NCBI RefSeq assembly: GCF_030144855.1
Contig: NC_082731.1
Coordinates: 20,646,001 to 20,710,000, forward strand
DNA length: 64,000 nucleotides
Source of the DNA: Hypanus sabinus
Taxonomy: Eukaryota
Direction: 5' to 3'
The notes beneath the pieces are model-generated. The model had not been told where the DNA came from. It made no database searches and saw only the letters and a list, made by a program, of their open reading frames with translations. The position numbers and the translations under genes are program-made. The stretch's first letter is position 1. Each line of letters begins with the position of its first letter. Positions 1 through 11,440 of this stretch are shown piece by piece.

Positions 1-304
1 AAATATTCAAGGGCAAAATATGACCTTGAATTAACGTTTGAGCAAGAATGTTCTGTAACATTAAACTTTACCTCTAAGAGCGGTTTGCAACTGTTTGGTA
101 CATTCACTGTAGTGGAAATTACCCAAAATTCTTGCGGAAGTTGTATAGGTCGCAAAAGATTGAGCATACTCTGGAATAACCGGTCAAGTGTACCGCTGGC
201 AACAAGACAATTTATTTCCGTATGCCTGAGGTGCCTGTATCGGCCTCCGCCATGTATCTCTCTGTGCCATGGAGCGAATATTCTCAGACGGATTTGGCCA
301 GTCT

Positions 305-571
305 GAAATTCAGACAATAACACTGAACTGCAAATACACACAAGTTATTGCAAGCATTTTCGATACATTCAGAATCGCGGAAAATATCGAAAAAGAAAAA
401 AAAAAAAACTGCTGAATATATATGGCTCATGTAAACTGCATCGTCCTCCAGAACGTCCGGCGATGATTACAACTGATAAGCACCAGCACAGTGTAAGCTA
501 ATCTCTGGAGTTTACCTCCGTGCAATGGACCACTCTGTCTTGCAGGGAGAGAACGGATCCCGACAAAATCT
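305..571 (+). pseudogene. TCR V pseudogene, family B copy B1 (5' part not recognisable)
   Basis: Translates with frameshifts as QTITLNCKYTQ..IF(R)YIQNRGK..LLNIYGS..PPERPA..GVYLRAMD. Decayed RSS: CTCTGTC (533-539), 23-bp spacer, ACAAAATCT (563-571). Homologous to 15.7k, 23.1k and 49.5k copies. Confidence 0.75.
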
Positions 572-1324
572 AGCCTTGCATGATCACTAGAGGTCGCCTT
601 TGCTGCGAAACTCGAACAGCCGCACGCACGAATAATGGAGATCAAGTGGTCGACATAAAACTCCGCATTCAGCAGCAGAAATACCTCCATCCTTGAGGAA
701 CACTTTTTGCATTTATCTTTCCCCTAGTGGTTTTGTGGCAACTTTTCGAAACATTCTCATTACATCTCCCTGCTCATGTCTCTCTCCGTTGCTCATAATA
801 ATATTTTGTGGTTAAAATTTTGCTGGACATCATTTGTCACCACCTTGAGGGATTAATACGGGGAGACAGAGAGACAGAGATAAAGAAAGAGAGAGAAAGA
901 AAAAGGGAGAGGGATAGACGGAGAGAGAGATGTACGGTGAAGGTATGGAGTAGACATACAAACAGAGAGCGATTGAGTAACACAGCGATGGAATATAAGG
1001 GAGTAAAGAAACAGAGAACAAAGAAGGAGAGGTACTACTAGAAAAAGAATTGCTAATTAAAATAGAACCAAGAAGGTAGGGGTGAGATAACAAATAGAAT
1101 GGAATTAGAGTGATGATAAATAGAGACTGTGGGATTTCCATTCAGATCGGTGTCTAAATCGACTCAGCTCTGACTTCCTCCGTTCAGCTCCCATTTATAA
1201 GAGCAATTTGCACAGGTTTTACACAAAGTAAAGGGTGCAGCATAGCTGACATCATTCTCGCAAATCTGTAATACTAGCTTCTTGTATATAATCTGTTGTC
1301 AGATCGCACCTGAAAGCAGACACC

Positions 1325-1575
1325 ATGTGCTTCCAGATCCTCACTGGTTATATGGACTATGCTGCCTAGAGTGTCTTTGCGCAGAATTGTCTGTAGGTGT
1401 CTCGCATGTGAAATGAAAACACTGGCTGATTCGTCATGTTAACATTTCTTTGTAGAAAATTGTGGGAAACATTATTCTTGTGCATCGACGATGAAAGGAG
1501 GATGAATCGTAATGCTGAACTTCAGTTAGACATTGGCAAATTCACGTATGTTCCCTGGGACACCAGTATCGGCGA
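1325..1575 (+). pseudogene. Truncated V pseudogene, family D copy D1 (leader + intron + FR1 only)
   Basis: AGACACC-ATG context as in family A. Leader-like MCFQIL..IWTMLP. Acceptor TTTGTAG at 1449-1455, then GKHYS..STMKGG*IVMLNFS, which aligns with GKDS..TAKEGENITLNCS. Homology stops where a CR1 3' fragment starts. Confidence 0.6.
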
Positions 1576-1589
1576 GCAAGGGCCGTTCT

Positions 1590-1860
1590 TTATCGAACGA
1601 AGGAAGATGAGAGGTAAGTTAACAGCTGTTTATAATATGATAAGAGACCTTGATAGAGAGGACAACGACCGCGTTGTCCTAAGGGTGGAAATGGCTCATG
1701 CGAGAGGAGGCAATTGTCAGGCGATTAGAAGAAGTTATAATGGAAAGCCAGATGTGAGTTATTGTTTTAAATGAAGGGACTCGTGGCTACAGAAGCTGTG
1801 CGGTTAGGAGTCTACAAGCGTGGATAGGAGATTGGCTCCTTAACAACAAGCAGAGATTAA
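1590..1860 (+). mobile_element. Old CR1-type LINE 3' fragment fused to family D (shared by all D copies)
   Basis: GAAGGAAGATGAGAGGTAA..AGGGTGGAAATGGCT..GCGAGAGG resembles the CR1 RT 3' end seen intact at 3181-3712 and 61.3-61.6k. Same junction at ~2850, ~16820, ~25260 and ~50950. Confidence 0.65.
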
Positions 1861-2123
1861 GGAATAACTATCTGAACTCTTCCTGATATTGAATAACAAA
1901 TATAATGCAGGAGGATTGACAAATATTGCATTAAGGGCCTGGTCTTGGATATATCTTCAAATAACTCACTAAGTAAACGAATAAAAAAATAATCAAACTA
2001 TTGTTGATTTCTATAAAGCGACCACATGCAAATGATAATTGTTTTGGGTTACACATCAATAAGTACGTGAATATACTGTGATTATGGTGAGAGAGAAAGA
2101 GTGAGACGGAGAGAGAGAAAACG

Positions 2124-2126
<3 letters not shown>

Positions 2127-2214
<88 letters not shown>
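2127..2214. repeat. (GA)n microsatellite
   Basis: Perfect GA run read directly. Confidence 0.98.
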
Positions 2215-2218
<4 letters not shown>

Positions 2219-2599
2219 CGGTGGAGTCATGGTGTAGACCAAATGGTCTTCATTGAAATACAGAGGCGGACAGCGATTGTGTGACCCAGCGGCGGCGATA
2301 TAGGAGAGTAACGACAGAGGGAACAAAGGAGATGCATCGCTAGAAATGAAGCGCTAATTAAAGTGGAACGAAGGAGGGAGGGGTCAGATCGACAAACAGA
2401 ATAGAATTCGAGAAAACGGAAAATAAACAGGGTGATGTAGTTCCAATCAGGGCTGAATTCCCCGGTACAACTCTCTCTCAGCAGAACAATTTACGCAGGT
2501 TGTACACATTGCTCAGCGTATCTGACATTATTCTCCAAATATGTGGTATTAGCTTCTTGTATGTAATCTGACTTTAGTTCGCACCTGAACGCAGATGGC

Positions 2600-2835
2600 A
2601 TGTATTTCTAGATCCTTATTGATTATATGAAATATGCTCCCCAATTTGTCAAAGGTGTTTCGCATGTGCAATGGGACCATTGATGTTCAGTCATGTTGCC
2701 ATTCTGTCGTAGAATCCTGTGGGAATTATTATGCTCTGTGCATCGACGATTCAAGGTGGACCAATCGTAAAGCTGAACTTCAGTTACACATCGGCAAGTT
2801 CATGCATATTCCATAGGGCACGTCAGATTCGACGA
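2600..2835 (+). pseudogene. Family D copy D1' (local duplicate of the D1 block)
   Basis: 2440-2950 re-aligns with 1141-1690 (promoter, ATG at 2600, acceptor at 2711-2712, FR1 remnant, CR1 junction). Confidence 0.6.
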
Positions 2836-2952
2836 GCAAGGACCTTTCTTTTTGAAACGAAGGAAGACGAGAGGTAACTTAATTGCTGTATATAATATAA
2901 TAAGGGGCATATATAGAGTGGACAACAGGCGCTTTGAGCTAAGGGTGGAAAT

Positions 2953-3150
2953 TCTTAAATTTTATTCTTAAGACCTTTCATAACCCTCCCTATCGCTCCT
3001 GCAATAAAGGACAGAATGCAGTAATATCCCTGTCTTGCACTAAACCCACGTGCTATTCGCTGGTCATATGTGCAGCGTCTTACCTGTCAGGATGTCGAAT
3101 GTATTCAATAAAAAAAAATAGCGGGAAACACGTACCGTTTGGCTTCAGTC
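2953..3150 (-). pseudogene. Inverted family-B-type leader exon + complete intron + first exon-2 bases
   Basis: Minus strand reads ACG TGT TTC CCG..ATC CTG ACA G|GTAAGA..TTTATTGCAG|GAGCG. Intron 3083-2999 (85 bp) has intact GT-AG. Confidence 0.75.
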
Positions 3151-3180
3151 TTGAGAATGATTCTTAAATAAATAAAACTC

Positions 3181-3712
3181 TAATTAGGCCACACTTGGAG
3201 TACTGTGTACAGTTCTGGTCGTCTCACTTTAGGAGGGATTTGGAAACATTGGAAAAGGTACAGAAGAGATTTACCAAGATGCTGCCTGGTTTAGAGAGTA
3301 TGGATTATGGTCAGAGATTAAGTGAGCTAGGCTTTACTCTTTGGAGAGAAGGAGGATAAGAGGAGACATAATAGAGGTGTACAAGATATTAAGAGGAATA
3401 GACAGAGTGGACAGCCAGCGCCTCTTCCCCAGGGCACCACTGCTCAGTACCAGAAGATATGGCTTTAAGCTAAGGGGTGGGAAGTTCAAGAGGGATATTA
3501 GAGGAAGGCTTTTCACCCAGAGAGTACGTGGAAGGCACTGCCTGAGTCCCTGGTAGAGGCAGATACACTAGGGACGTTTATGAGACCACGAGACAGGTAT
3601 ATGGAGGAATCTAAGGTGGGGTTTATAATGGAGGCAGGCTTTGAGGGTGGGCACAGCATTGTGCGCCGAAGGGCCTGTAATGTGCTGTACTGTTCTATGT
3701 TTTATGTTCTAT
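3181..3712 (+). mobile_element. CR1 LINE 3' fragment (younger)
   Basis: ORF 3341-3556 ERRRIRGDIIEVYKILRGIDRVD..RGGKFKRDIRGRLFTQRV is a typical CR1 RT C-terminus. Ends in a (TGTTCTA)-like tail; the host sequence GGCTCATGCGAGAGG resumes afterwards. Confidence 0.9.
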
Positions 3713-4462
3713 CTGGCTCATGCGAGAGGACGAGATTTTAAGGCGTTTGGAAGAAATTACAAGCGGAATTGCAGGTGTTACCTGTTGCTTCTGTTTTTTT
3801 TCAACGAAGTGTGTGGTGGCTACACAGATTGGGCTGGCAAGAGACGACTCGCGTGGATAGGATTTTGTCTCCGAAGAGGAAGCAAACATTCGGGAATAAC
3901 TAGATCATCTCTTGCTGACATTGAATACCTAGGGCAATGCCAGATGATTCTAAACTGTTGACTTAATGGTCTACTGTGGGATATATCTCCGAATAGCTCA
4001 CTAAATAAACAAATAAATAAATGCACAGCTTCCAGCAGGATATTGTCGATTTCGATGAAGCGGCCACGCGAAAAGTCAAAATTGTTTTAGGTTACACATC
4101 GTAAGTACGAGAATATGCTGTGATTATGCAGACAGCAGGCGTGGTAGGGCACACGATTAAAGAGAGAGAGAGAGAGAGCGCGCAAGAGAGAGAGAAAGTG
4201 GGAGAGAGGGAGAGAGAAGGAAGAATGGGGGAACTTGAAAGAGTGGAGAAACAGGCAAATGACATATGGAAACAGAACATTATGATTGATGCTCAGAAAG
4301 TCTCGGTTATTTGTGTCAGTGAATCCTTTAACGCGGGTAACGCCCACAGTCTTATACAAGGGGACAGGTACTGCTGAAACGACCTCACAACAGAATATCT
4401 GTGAAATGATAATTACGTCCTGGAAGGGATCTGCCGTTCAATCCAGCCATAAATTAGACACC

Positions 4463-4931
4463 ATGATTTCCGTCTGTTTACTACTAATTGCATTGACTGT
4501 GTTGCCTTGTGAGTCTCAGCAAAGATGGCCAGCGAATTTCCCGGCGTTCAATGCAAGCCAGCGACATTGACGTATTCTGTCCTTTCTTGCAGGAACGAGT
4601 GGAAATCTACAGTGACGCAAGATCCTCCCGACGTTCCGGCTGAGGAAGGAGAGAACTTGAAACTGAACCTGCAATTACAGTAACGATGATGAACCTATCT
4701 TTTGGTACATTCAGCATAGTGGCGGACCTCCAAAATATTTACTGAAGGTATATTGCACAGGAGGAAAACACCGGCATCCAGATTGTCCAGTAAGATGTCC
4801 CGCTAGTTTGCAGAAAGGCAGCAAGACGGCTCAATTGACTATCCTTTAAACTCTTGTCTCGGACTCTACCATGCATCCCTGTGGAATCAGTACCACGTTG
4901 TTGTGTAATTCCGCGGGTCCGGACGAAAACC
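4463..4931 (+). pseudogene. TRAV: TCR V pseudogene, family A copy A1
   Basis: Leader 4463-4508 (MISVCLLLIALTVLP), intron 4509-4592. The splice junction would give TGA; there are frameshifts in FR1 and FR3. RSS CACGTTG (4894-4900), 22-bp spacer, ACGAAAACC (4923-4931). Confidence 0.9.
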
Positions 4932-5689
4932 ATTTCTGTATAATGCAAAAAAGCTCTCACTGCAGGGCGCCTTTCTGCCGGGAAACTGGAATGGGCGCAC
5001 CCAACAATCAGCCGTAGTCTCGTGTCCTACTTAAGAGCGCTGCAAACGACAGCAAACGGCGCTGAATCTAAAGGAACAGTGGCTAAATACAGCGCCGAAC
5101 CAAACTGGAACTGTACATCTTTCCGGGATTTCGGAATATGCATTCACCCACCCTGTTTTGCTGCAACGGCATATCACGATTGAGAGCATTGTTTGACATC
5201 GTCTTTGACTGCTTTGTTAGAGCTTCTGCATGGATAAGTATTGATTATGGAGTGGAACAGCGATGTATCTAAATGGCACAATGGCCCACTAAAGGGAAAC
5301 AGAGGGTTGGCAAATTGGTCGTATTTGGTTTCAGAAAGAATAGCAAGAGGCATGTTAAAGAAATTAAGGATGTTGCAACAGCTACTTATAATTTTTACTG
5401 AGCATTTAGATAACGTGGCAGAACTTTCGGTTATTTAGTGTGATTGCAAATGCAGATACTATTTTGGTTGGTGTATTTCTGGGTTGTGAGATAGAGGTCC
5501 AAAAGTCAAAGTAAATTTATGTTTGAAGTAGTTATACAGGTCCGCATACTACCCCGAGATTCATTTGATAGATGGCATTTCAGTAAAAATGAGAACGAGA
5601 GGGATGATGTAATAGTTCCATGAAAGACTGATAGTTTCTACAATCTGGTTTGCCTATCACACTTAACGGATGTGATGTTCTCCCCACAT

Positions 5690-6010
5690 GTAGCATTTTG
5701 CTACATATTTAAATTCGAAACGGAATTTGTTTCTCATTGTCGTAGGATTGCATTAATTCGTTTTTTACCGAAGAATTTATTACGAAGGTTATCGAGGTAG
5801 TACAAAGTAATACAATATAAGAATGCAAAAAATAGTGTAATAACCATAGAAAAATGGAACACAGGCACGAAATAAAGAGCACGTTCATACAGAGGTGGTT
5901 GGGATTAAGATTATTTTTCATCCTACAGTTCAATGTTCTTATTATGCGACAGAATGTGTTCTTGTGCACATTGGAATGCTTTTCGAATCTTGTGCCTTCC
6001 CACCGATGGA
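5690..6010 (-). pseudogene. Possible highly decayed inverted V relic (family F); paralogs at ~18790-19100 and ~40850-41190
   Basis: Minus strand RTLNC (41k copy RILNC), a WY-like position about 12 codons later (41k: QYDPPLHDLALHFL), NSS(V/I)K FR3-like stretch, and a second Cys ~74 codons after the first. Weak, by eye. Confidence 0.35.
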
Positions 6011-6289
6011 AGAAACAAAGAAACAGAACGTCAGGTTACTGTCAATGAAGCAGAACACTGATAGCATCTGTTTCCAAAGGTATATTTCGAATTTGTGAAA
6101 CCCTCATTATAACTATTACTGTATTGAATAATTGCATTACCACTTTCTGATCTGACATGGCAGAGCAGACTCGATAGGCTAAATGACCTAATTCTATTTC
6201 TATTCCTATGGTCTTATGGTCAACTGACTTACCTATCCAATTTTCGTACTGTCTTCTGAACATGTACCCTTGGTGATATTTTGATCACC

Positions 6290-6715
6290 AACACGGGCTA
6301 CCCACAGCGTCTGTTGCTGGCAGTGATAAACGTGGTATGCGCCAAGTGTGGAAACTGAGCTCAGACGTATCTGCTGATAGCATCGAATATCGGAATATGC
6401 GGAATCCCTGGTGACAGAACACCAGGTACGCCAGGGTGCCACGACAGGCACTCTTCAGTATACCACTACCTACCGCCTCTTCCCTGCTCAACCCATAATG
6501 AAGGAGGGCCTGATCTATTCTATCACTTGCAGACGCCACTGTTACCGAAACGGGTCTATGTTTTTTGTTGTTGTCATATGCACCAGACTACAGCGAAGAT
6601 ATTGTCTGCCATGCTTCAATGGTTCCCTATTAAATCATCGAATTTCTAGAACATCCTGAAATTAATTCTCTACACAGACATCCTCAAAACAGAGCATAAT
6701 CCCAACGCATGAATG
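6290..6715 (-). pseudogene. Decayed inverted V-like pseudogene, family E copy E1
   Basis: Minus strand: leader-like stretch, acceptor-like CTGTAG, SGAYDN..PVSVTV, SPGIP.., VYHC (Cys 6322-6320), then heptamer-like CGCTGTG (6309-6303). Confidence 0.55.
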
Positions 6716-8649
6716 TGAAAGCAAAAGTAAGAACCCGAACGATCTCTGACACCTCCCTCGCTCAATTAGCAGCATTCCCGGTCCCGCTTCTCTCACTTAT
6801 TCTGGAATAAAACATTTTTATTTCGATCAACCCCCATGAAAGCAACCACAAAGCCACAAAGAGAGGTTGCTCTGTAGTCCATCAGAAACTAGCCGTTCAT
6901 TTCAACATTTCTTCATCCCACAGGTACTCCCTTTCTCACACGTACAATGTAGTGACTGGTATGGCTGCTATTTTGTTTCTTTGCCAACCAAACAAGGCAC
7001 CGAAGCTGACGGAACAGTTCCTGATTACAACACACACCTGATTAGTTCTGATTAGAACTTTACGATGCATTTCTGCGAAAACGTAATGTGTATTCACTCT
7101 TCAACTGATGAAGTAGGTTTCGAAATTTGGTGAATAGTTTGCTTGGAATCATAGAATTTAATGCCTAGTCACAGTCAATAAAAAACTGTCTAGCCAATGC
7201 GGGTTTCGGTGTAAATGCACCTGAGATGACTGTTAGATTGGGAGTTAGGCGTCCACTGTTGATTTTCTTCTTTAATTTTGCAGTACTGAGCAGAACGTGT
7301 CTCAGTTTGTCTAGATGGATGGAGTTAATATATGCAAATACCACCCTCTTGAAACACGTCATGATGATGGATTCAGAGATTCCACAATCCAGTGGTCAAT
7401 AAGGCATGATACGTATTATTTTCTCAGGTGCGAAGATAATACTGCTCTTCTAAACCAGTTGGGAGCGTTACATTGACGAGGGTCGAGGTGAAAATGTTCT
7501 GCAGTAGCCCCGCGAACTAAGTTGTGCAGAATCGAATCACAGTGCCAAGGACACCATCATGTCCAAATACTTCCTGCAGGTTCTCTGTCCTGAAGATAGA
7601 CCTTACGTCGACAACACTGTCTGTGGATTGAGTTGTCTTAGAAGATCTCTGCGTTGATCGTAAAGAACATGTCCCCTTCTGTTCAAAACTTGTATAGAAT
7701 ACGTTACTGTTTGTAAAATCTATGCTCCTTCACATTTGCTTCTACGAGTTGCATTTTACAATAAATTGTTTTAAGGAGCGCCTTAATCACTCGACTCAGC
7801 AATGGCCACCCTGATAAATATAAGTGTCTTCTGTTCTGAGTACGGGCTCTTTAACATTTTCAGGAGAACGTGCTTATGAAAGGTTTGAATTTTCTCCCTC
7901 CTCAGACCATTCGAGACTAGCTGACCACTTTAGTCATGTGAAACTACTACAACCTATGTTAATATTGATTAGAATTTTGAATTTAAACTTCTATTCTTCC
8001 GATTGGGAAACAGAAAATCACCGCACCGACACCGATGAACTGAAGCCTAAACCTACATCAAGAGATAAGGGTGGGATTGAAACACAGAGATGTAGAGAAA
8101 ATGGAATTTTACTCCATCTGTACTACTCTACAATGTCATCAATGCACCAAGACATACAGTAACTGCAACTGGCTGTTATCATCCAACAGTCGCAGACAAA
8201 TTAAATGGAGAGCACAATTTATGCTTTGGTTATACCAGTATTTCGCATAAAGAAGTTCTTCCGCCCATCATCCGCTCTTAATCTCGTAAGTCATAGGAGT
8301 GGGAAAGAGCGCGAATTGATAAGGTGAGGCAGTGAAGCAGAGGAACTGAGAGATCTGACAGTGAACCACCAAGAAAAGGAAACGGCGAAGTTGATGAGGA
8401 GCGAGTAGGGGGAGTGATGGATGAGAGAGAAAAATATGGAGAGAGAGGGAGAAATTGAGTGATATTGGGCTCAGTAGTAGAGGAGACTCTATACTTAATG
8501 TCTCAATGACGCAGCGAATTTAAGGGAGCAGGGAGGGTGAGAGGAAGTCCACAAACGGTGGAGAGATTTCGACAAAAACAAACACTGGTGGAAATAATGG
8601 CATATACTGTTGGAAAGAGTCTAGGGAAGAGATAGCTTCCAGATTCTCT

Positions 8650-9800
8650 GAACATTTCAATGAATTGTGCAGCGGAAAAACTAACAGAGAGGGAGAAATC
8701 GAAAGCCGATGCTGATTTCAGCCTAAACTCGCCCAAATCCGCTTTATATTCTACTAGCGTTGCAGGGAAACTTCCCGGTTCCCCTTGGGCGCAGCAAATC
8801 TCTCAGATATCGGATAAGTGGCATTATTTGACACGTGAACATACAGCGAAGGGTACAGAGACTCAAAGTTCTGGCTGCTAAGATAGTGCTCTCCTTGAAG
8901 GCAAAGAATCCCCTTTCCAAGTCCGCGGATCGCGTTCGAAGGCATTTTAATTGCACGCCCGGAAGCCCAATGGAGCTGATGGCGGTGTTCAGGGGCATGC
9001 TCCGGGAGTAAGTAGAGAAACTTATTGCGTGCATTTTTCGTTTGTTGAGACAGCTCCTGGCTTGCGGTGCAGGGATGTATTGAATTGAAAAAGCCTATCA
9101 GTTAATGACGGACTAAGTGTTGAAGGGCGTACAGTCATGTGATGTGATTGATTTAAGTCTCCGAAGGTCTCTTAGGAATCGCCCTTCCCTCATGTGTTGA
9201 GATAAACAGGGCAGTAAACGAGGAGAAAAAACGCAACGGAGGAGCAAGAGGCCTCCGTCTGCAGTGAATAGTCCTCGATAGTAGCCTCTGCTGCTCAAGC
9301 ATCCCTTGTTACCCCATAGTCGGAGGTTTTACTGGATTTTGTGAATGATCTGAGAGACAAGGTATCTCGGTTGATATCAGCTGATGTTGCCACCAAGCAC
9401 GACAAAATCTCTAGGGATCCGAATCCACTGGAGCGAAGTCTAAGCAGAAGGCTGCTACTAAACGCGGTCACATGAAATGGGGACCAACTGGTATTGTCTC
9501 TTTCAACCGTGGTGAGTCGGAGCATTCCAAGCATGAGTATGAACGAATGGTAAACCTTCGGAGCATGAACTAACGGATACATATGCAGAAAGCAAAGTCA
9601 GGAAACCTCGGAGAGTCCCATTTAGGGGACGACCTGTGTCTCGAGGATAACACTTTCCAGTCAAATTATCATAGAAAACACTAAAATGCAAATCCCTTTC
9701 CTGAAAGCTAAGTGGGGCCAAGCGAGACCGTATCTTTACGGATTACTGGTACTTCTCCTTTAACAATACTTGGCAATACTTCTGCGTTCCTCTGTTATAC
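8650..9800 (+). mobile_element. Degenerate Ty3/Gypsy gag (PNMA-like) + start of protease
   Basis: Frameshifted segments PWAQQISQISDKW, QRRVQRLKVLAAK/IVLSLKAKNP and PGSPMELMAVFRGMLRE*VEKLIACIFRLLRQL match the PNMA/Gypsy capsid pattern. PES*VGPSETVSLRITG..ILGNTS matches the protease N-terminus (ILDTGS-type). Confidence 0.75.
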
Positions 9801-10211
9801 AATTCATTCTCGAAACGAAGCTAATGTATTTGCCGTTTTGTCTGCTGTTAACGTCCGAAAAGACGAAAACATCTGCCATACCTCCACTGCTGAGGGAATA
9901 AGACAAACTGGACATGAGGAACCAGGTTCTATACAGGGTCACGTCTCCTCCAGGTATGTCTGAGTGTTCCCATTTGGTTTTGCTGCAGAAGCATCGGAGG
10001 ATTGTGTTGATGTCATATCATGATGACTCAGCTCATTTGGGTTTTCCCAAGATCTATCAGTTAGATAGATATCGGTTTTAGATGCCCCGAATGAAACCTG
10101 AGGTCGAAGAATGCTCCAAGTGGCCCTTTCGATGTATTCAGAGGAGGACGCTGTCACGACAGCAGCTTCTTTATCCCATATACAGAGCGCAGGGCTACTT
10201 GATCTAGTATG

Positions 10212-10411
10212 NNNNNNNNNNNNNNNNNNNNNNNNNNNNNNNNNNNNNNNNNNNNNNNNNNNNNNNNNNNNNNNNNNNNNNNNNNNNNNNNNNNNNNNNN
10301 NNNNNNNNNNNNNNNNNNNNNNNNNNNNNNNNNNNNNNNNNNNNNNNNNNNNNNNNNNNNNNNNNNNNNNNNNNNNNNNNNNNNNNNNNNNNNNNNNNNN
10401 NNNNNNNNNNN
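10212..10411. other. Assembly gap (200 N). Other gaps: 15211-15405, 17114-17299, 30234-30397, 33183-33392, 34292-34494
   Basis: N runs read directly. Confidence 0.98.
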
Positions 10412-11185
10412 CGTACCCGTGGGTATCTTGTGACTGTCTCATGACCATGATATAATTGAGGTTCAACTGGGCATGAAGTAATGATCTTGTGATTGGGGAG
10501 TGATGTAATTTTCCTGCCAGTGAGAGGGTCATGTAATGGCCTCCTTCAACAGGGTATAAAAGGAGCACGCATCACTGTTACGCAGGTCAGTTCACAGCTT
10601 AACTCGTCAGTGACACCGTTCTGCTGCGTGTTTGATTTCATGACGCAATTTCGTTTTAAAGTGCAGTTTTAATTTCCACTGAAAGAATCGTTGTGCCGGC
10701 ATTCTGAAAATCGCTGCCAGTTAAAGTCCAGTTGGAGAGTGAAGAATTATCGAAGTTCGGGAAGCTGAAGGATCGAGTGAAGTTGGTGTCGGCAGTAACA
10801 CAGCATCGACCTTATTTAATCTTTAGTCAGAAGGTGGTAATCTGCACACTCGATGGTCCCTGCTAGAAGAGCAGAAAGGAGTTATTTGCCAAAAGAAAAA
10901 GGACAGTCCATTTAAGCCCTTTTTATTTCCTTCATCGTAAATTCTTTGGGGAGACATATTTCAGCTGGGATCAACAGTAACGTTGTGACGTCGAGGAATT
11001 TGATATTTCTAGGAAAATCTCTGCTAATTGACTGTGTAAATCAATTGGACTTTTACATACTACTTTTAAGAACTGTGGTCGCATTTCTCTTTTTAAGAAC
11101 TGTTCGAGCTGCCGTATAACAGCTGACTTCCGGTTAGTCTTTTGTTTATTTTTGTTTTTTTAGCGGTGTTTAATAAATGTTTATT
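10412..11185 (+). mobile_element. LTR-like sequence (solo LTR or 3' LTR of the upstream Gypsy relic)
   Basis: Non-coding, TATA-like GTATAAAAGG (~10555) and AATAAA (~11171), unrelated to the V cassette. It sits where the V exon of cassette-2 family B is missing. The 5' end is in the gap. Confidence 0.45.
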
Positions 11186-11219
11186 TTTATATTAAAAAAA
11201 TATTTGAATTGTATATTCA

Positions 11220-11440
11220 TTGTTGCCGGATCGTAGCAATGGTAACCTGGAAGAGCTGCACGCGCAATGCATGTGGCTCACGTTGTCGACATAAAATGCT
11301 GAATTCAGCAGCAAAATGCTCCCAATCTTGTGGAACACTTCTTCAATTCGTCTTTTCCTAGGGATATTGTGGCAGCTTTTCGAGACATTTCCACTATATC
11401 TCGGTGTCCACGTCTCACTTCCATGCTTATAACCATATCC
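11220..11440 (+). other. Downstream flank of a family B copy (B2) whose V exon is deleted
   Basis: Aligns to the post-RSS blocks 600-790, 15980-16170 and 23440-23620. Confidence 0.65.

Noticed and set aside
1931-2326. ORFs rich in LS/ER repeats (also 808-1141, 22509-22836, 27196-27590, 37159-37404)
   Set aside because: Translations of (GA)n/(TC)n microsatellites and purine tracts.
8650-9100. Domesticated PNMA-like host gene
   Set aside because: Multiple stops and frameshifts, and it is followed by a protease remnant, as in a decayed retrotransposon.
9939-10568. ORFs containing X runs (also 15206-15463, 17017-17663, 30007-30432, 33170-33427, 34278-34529)
   Set aside because: Artefacts of reading through N gaps.
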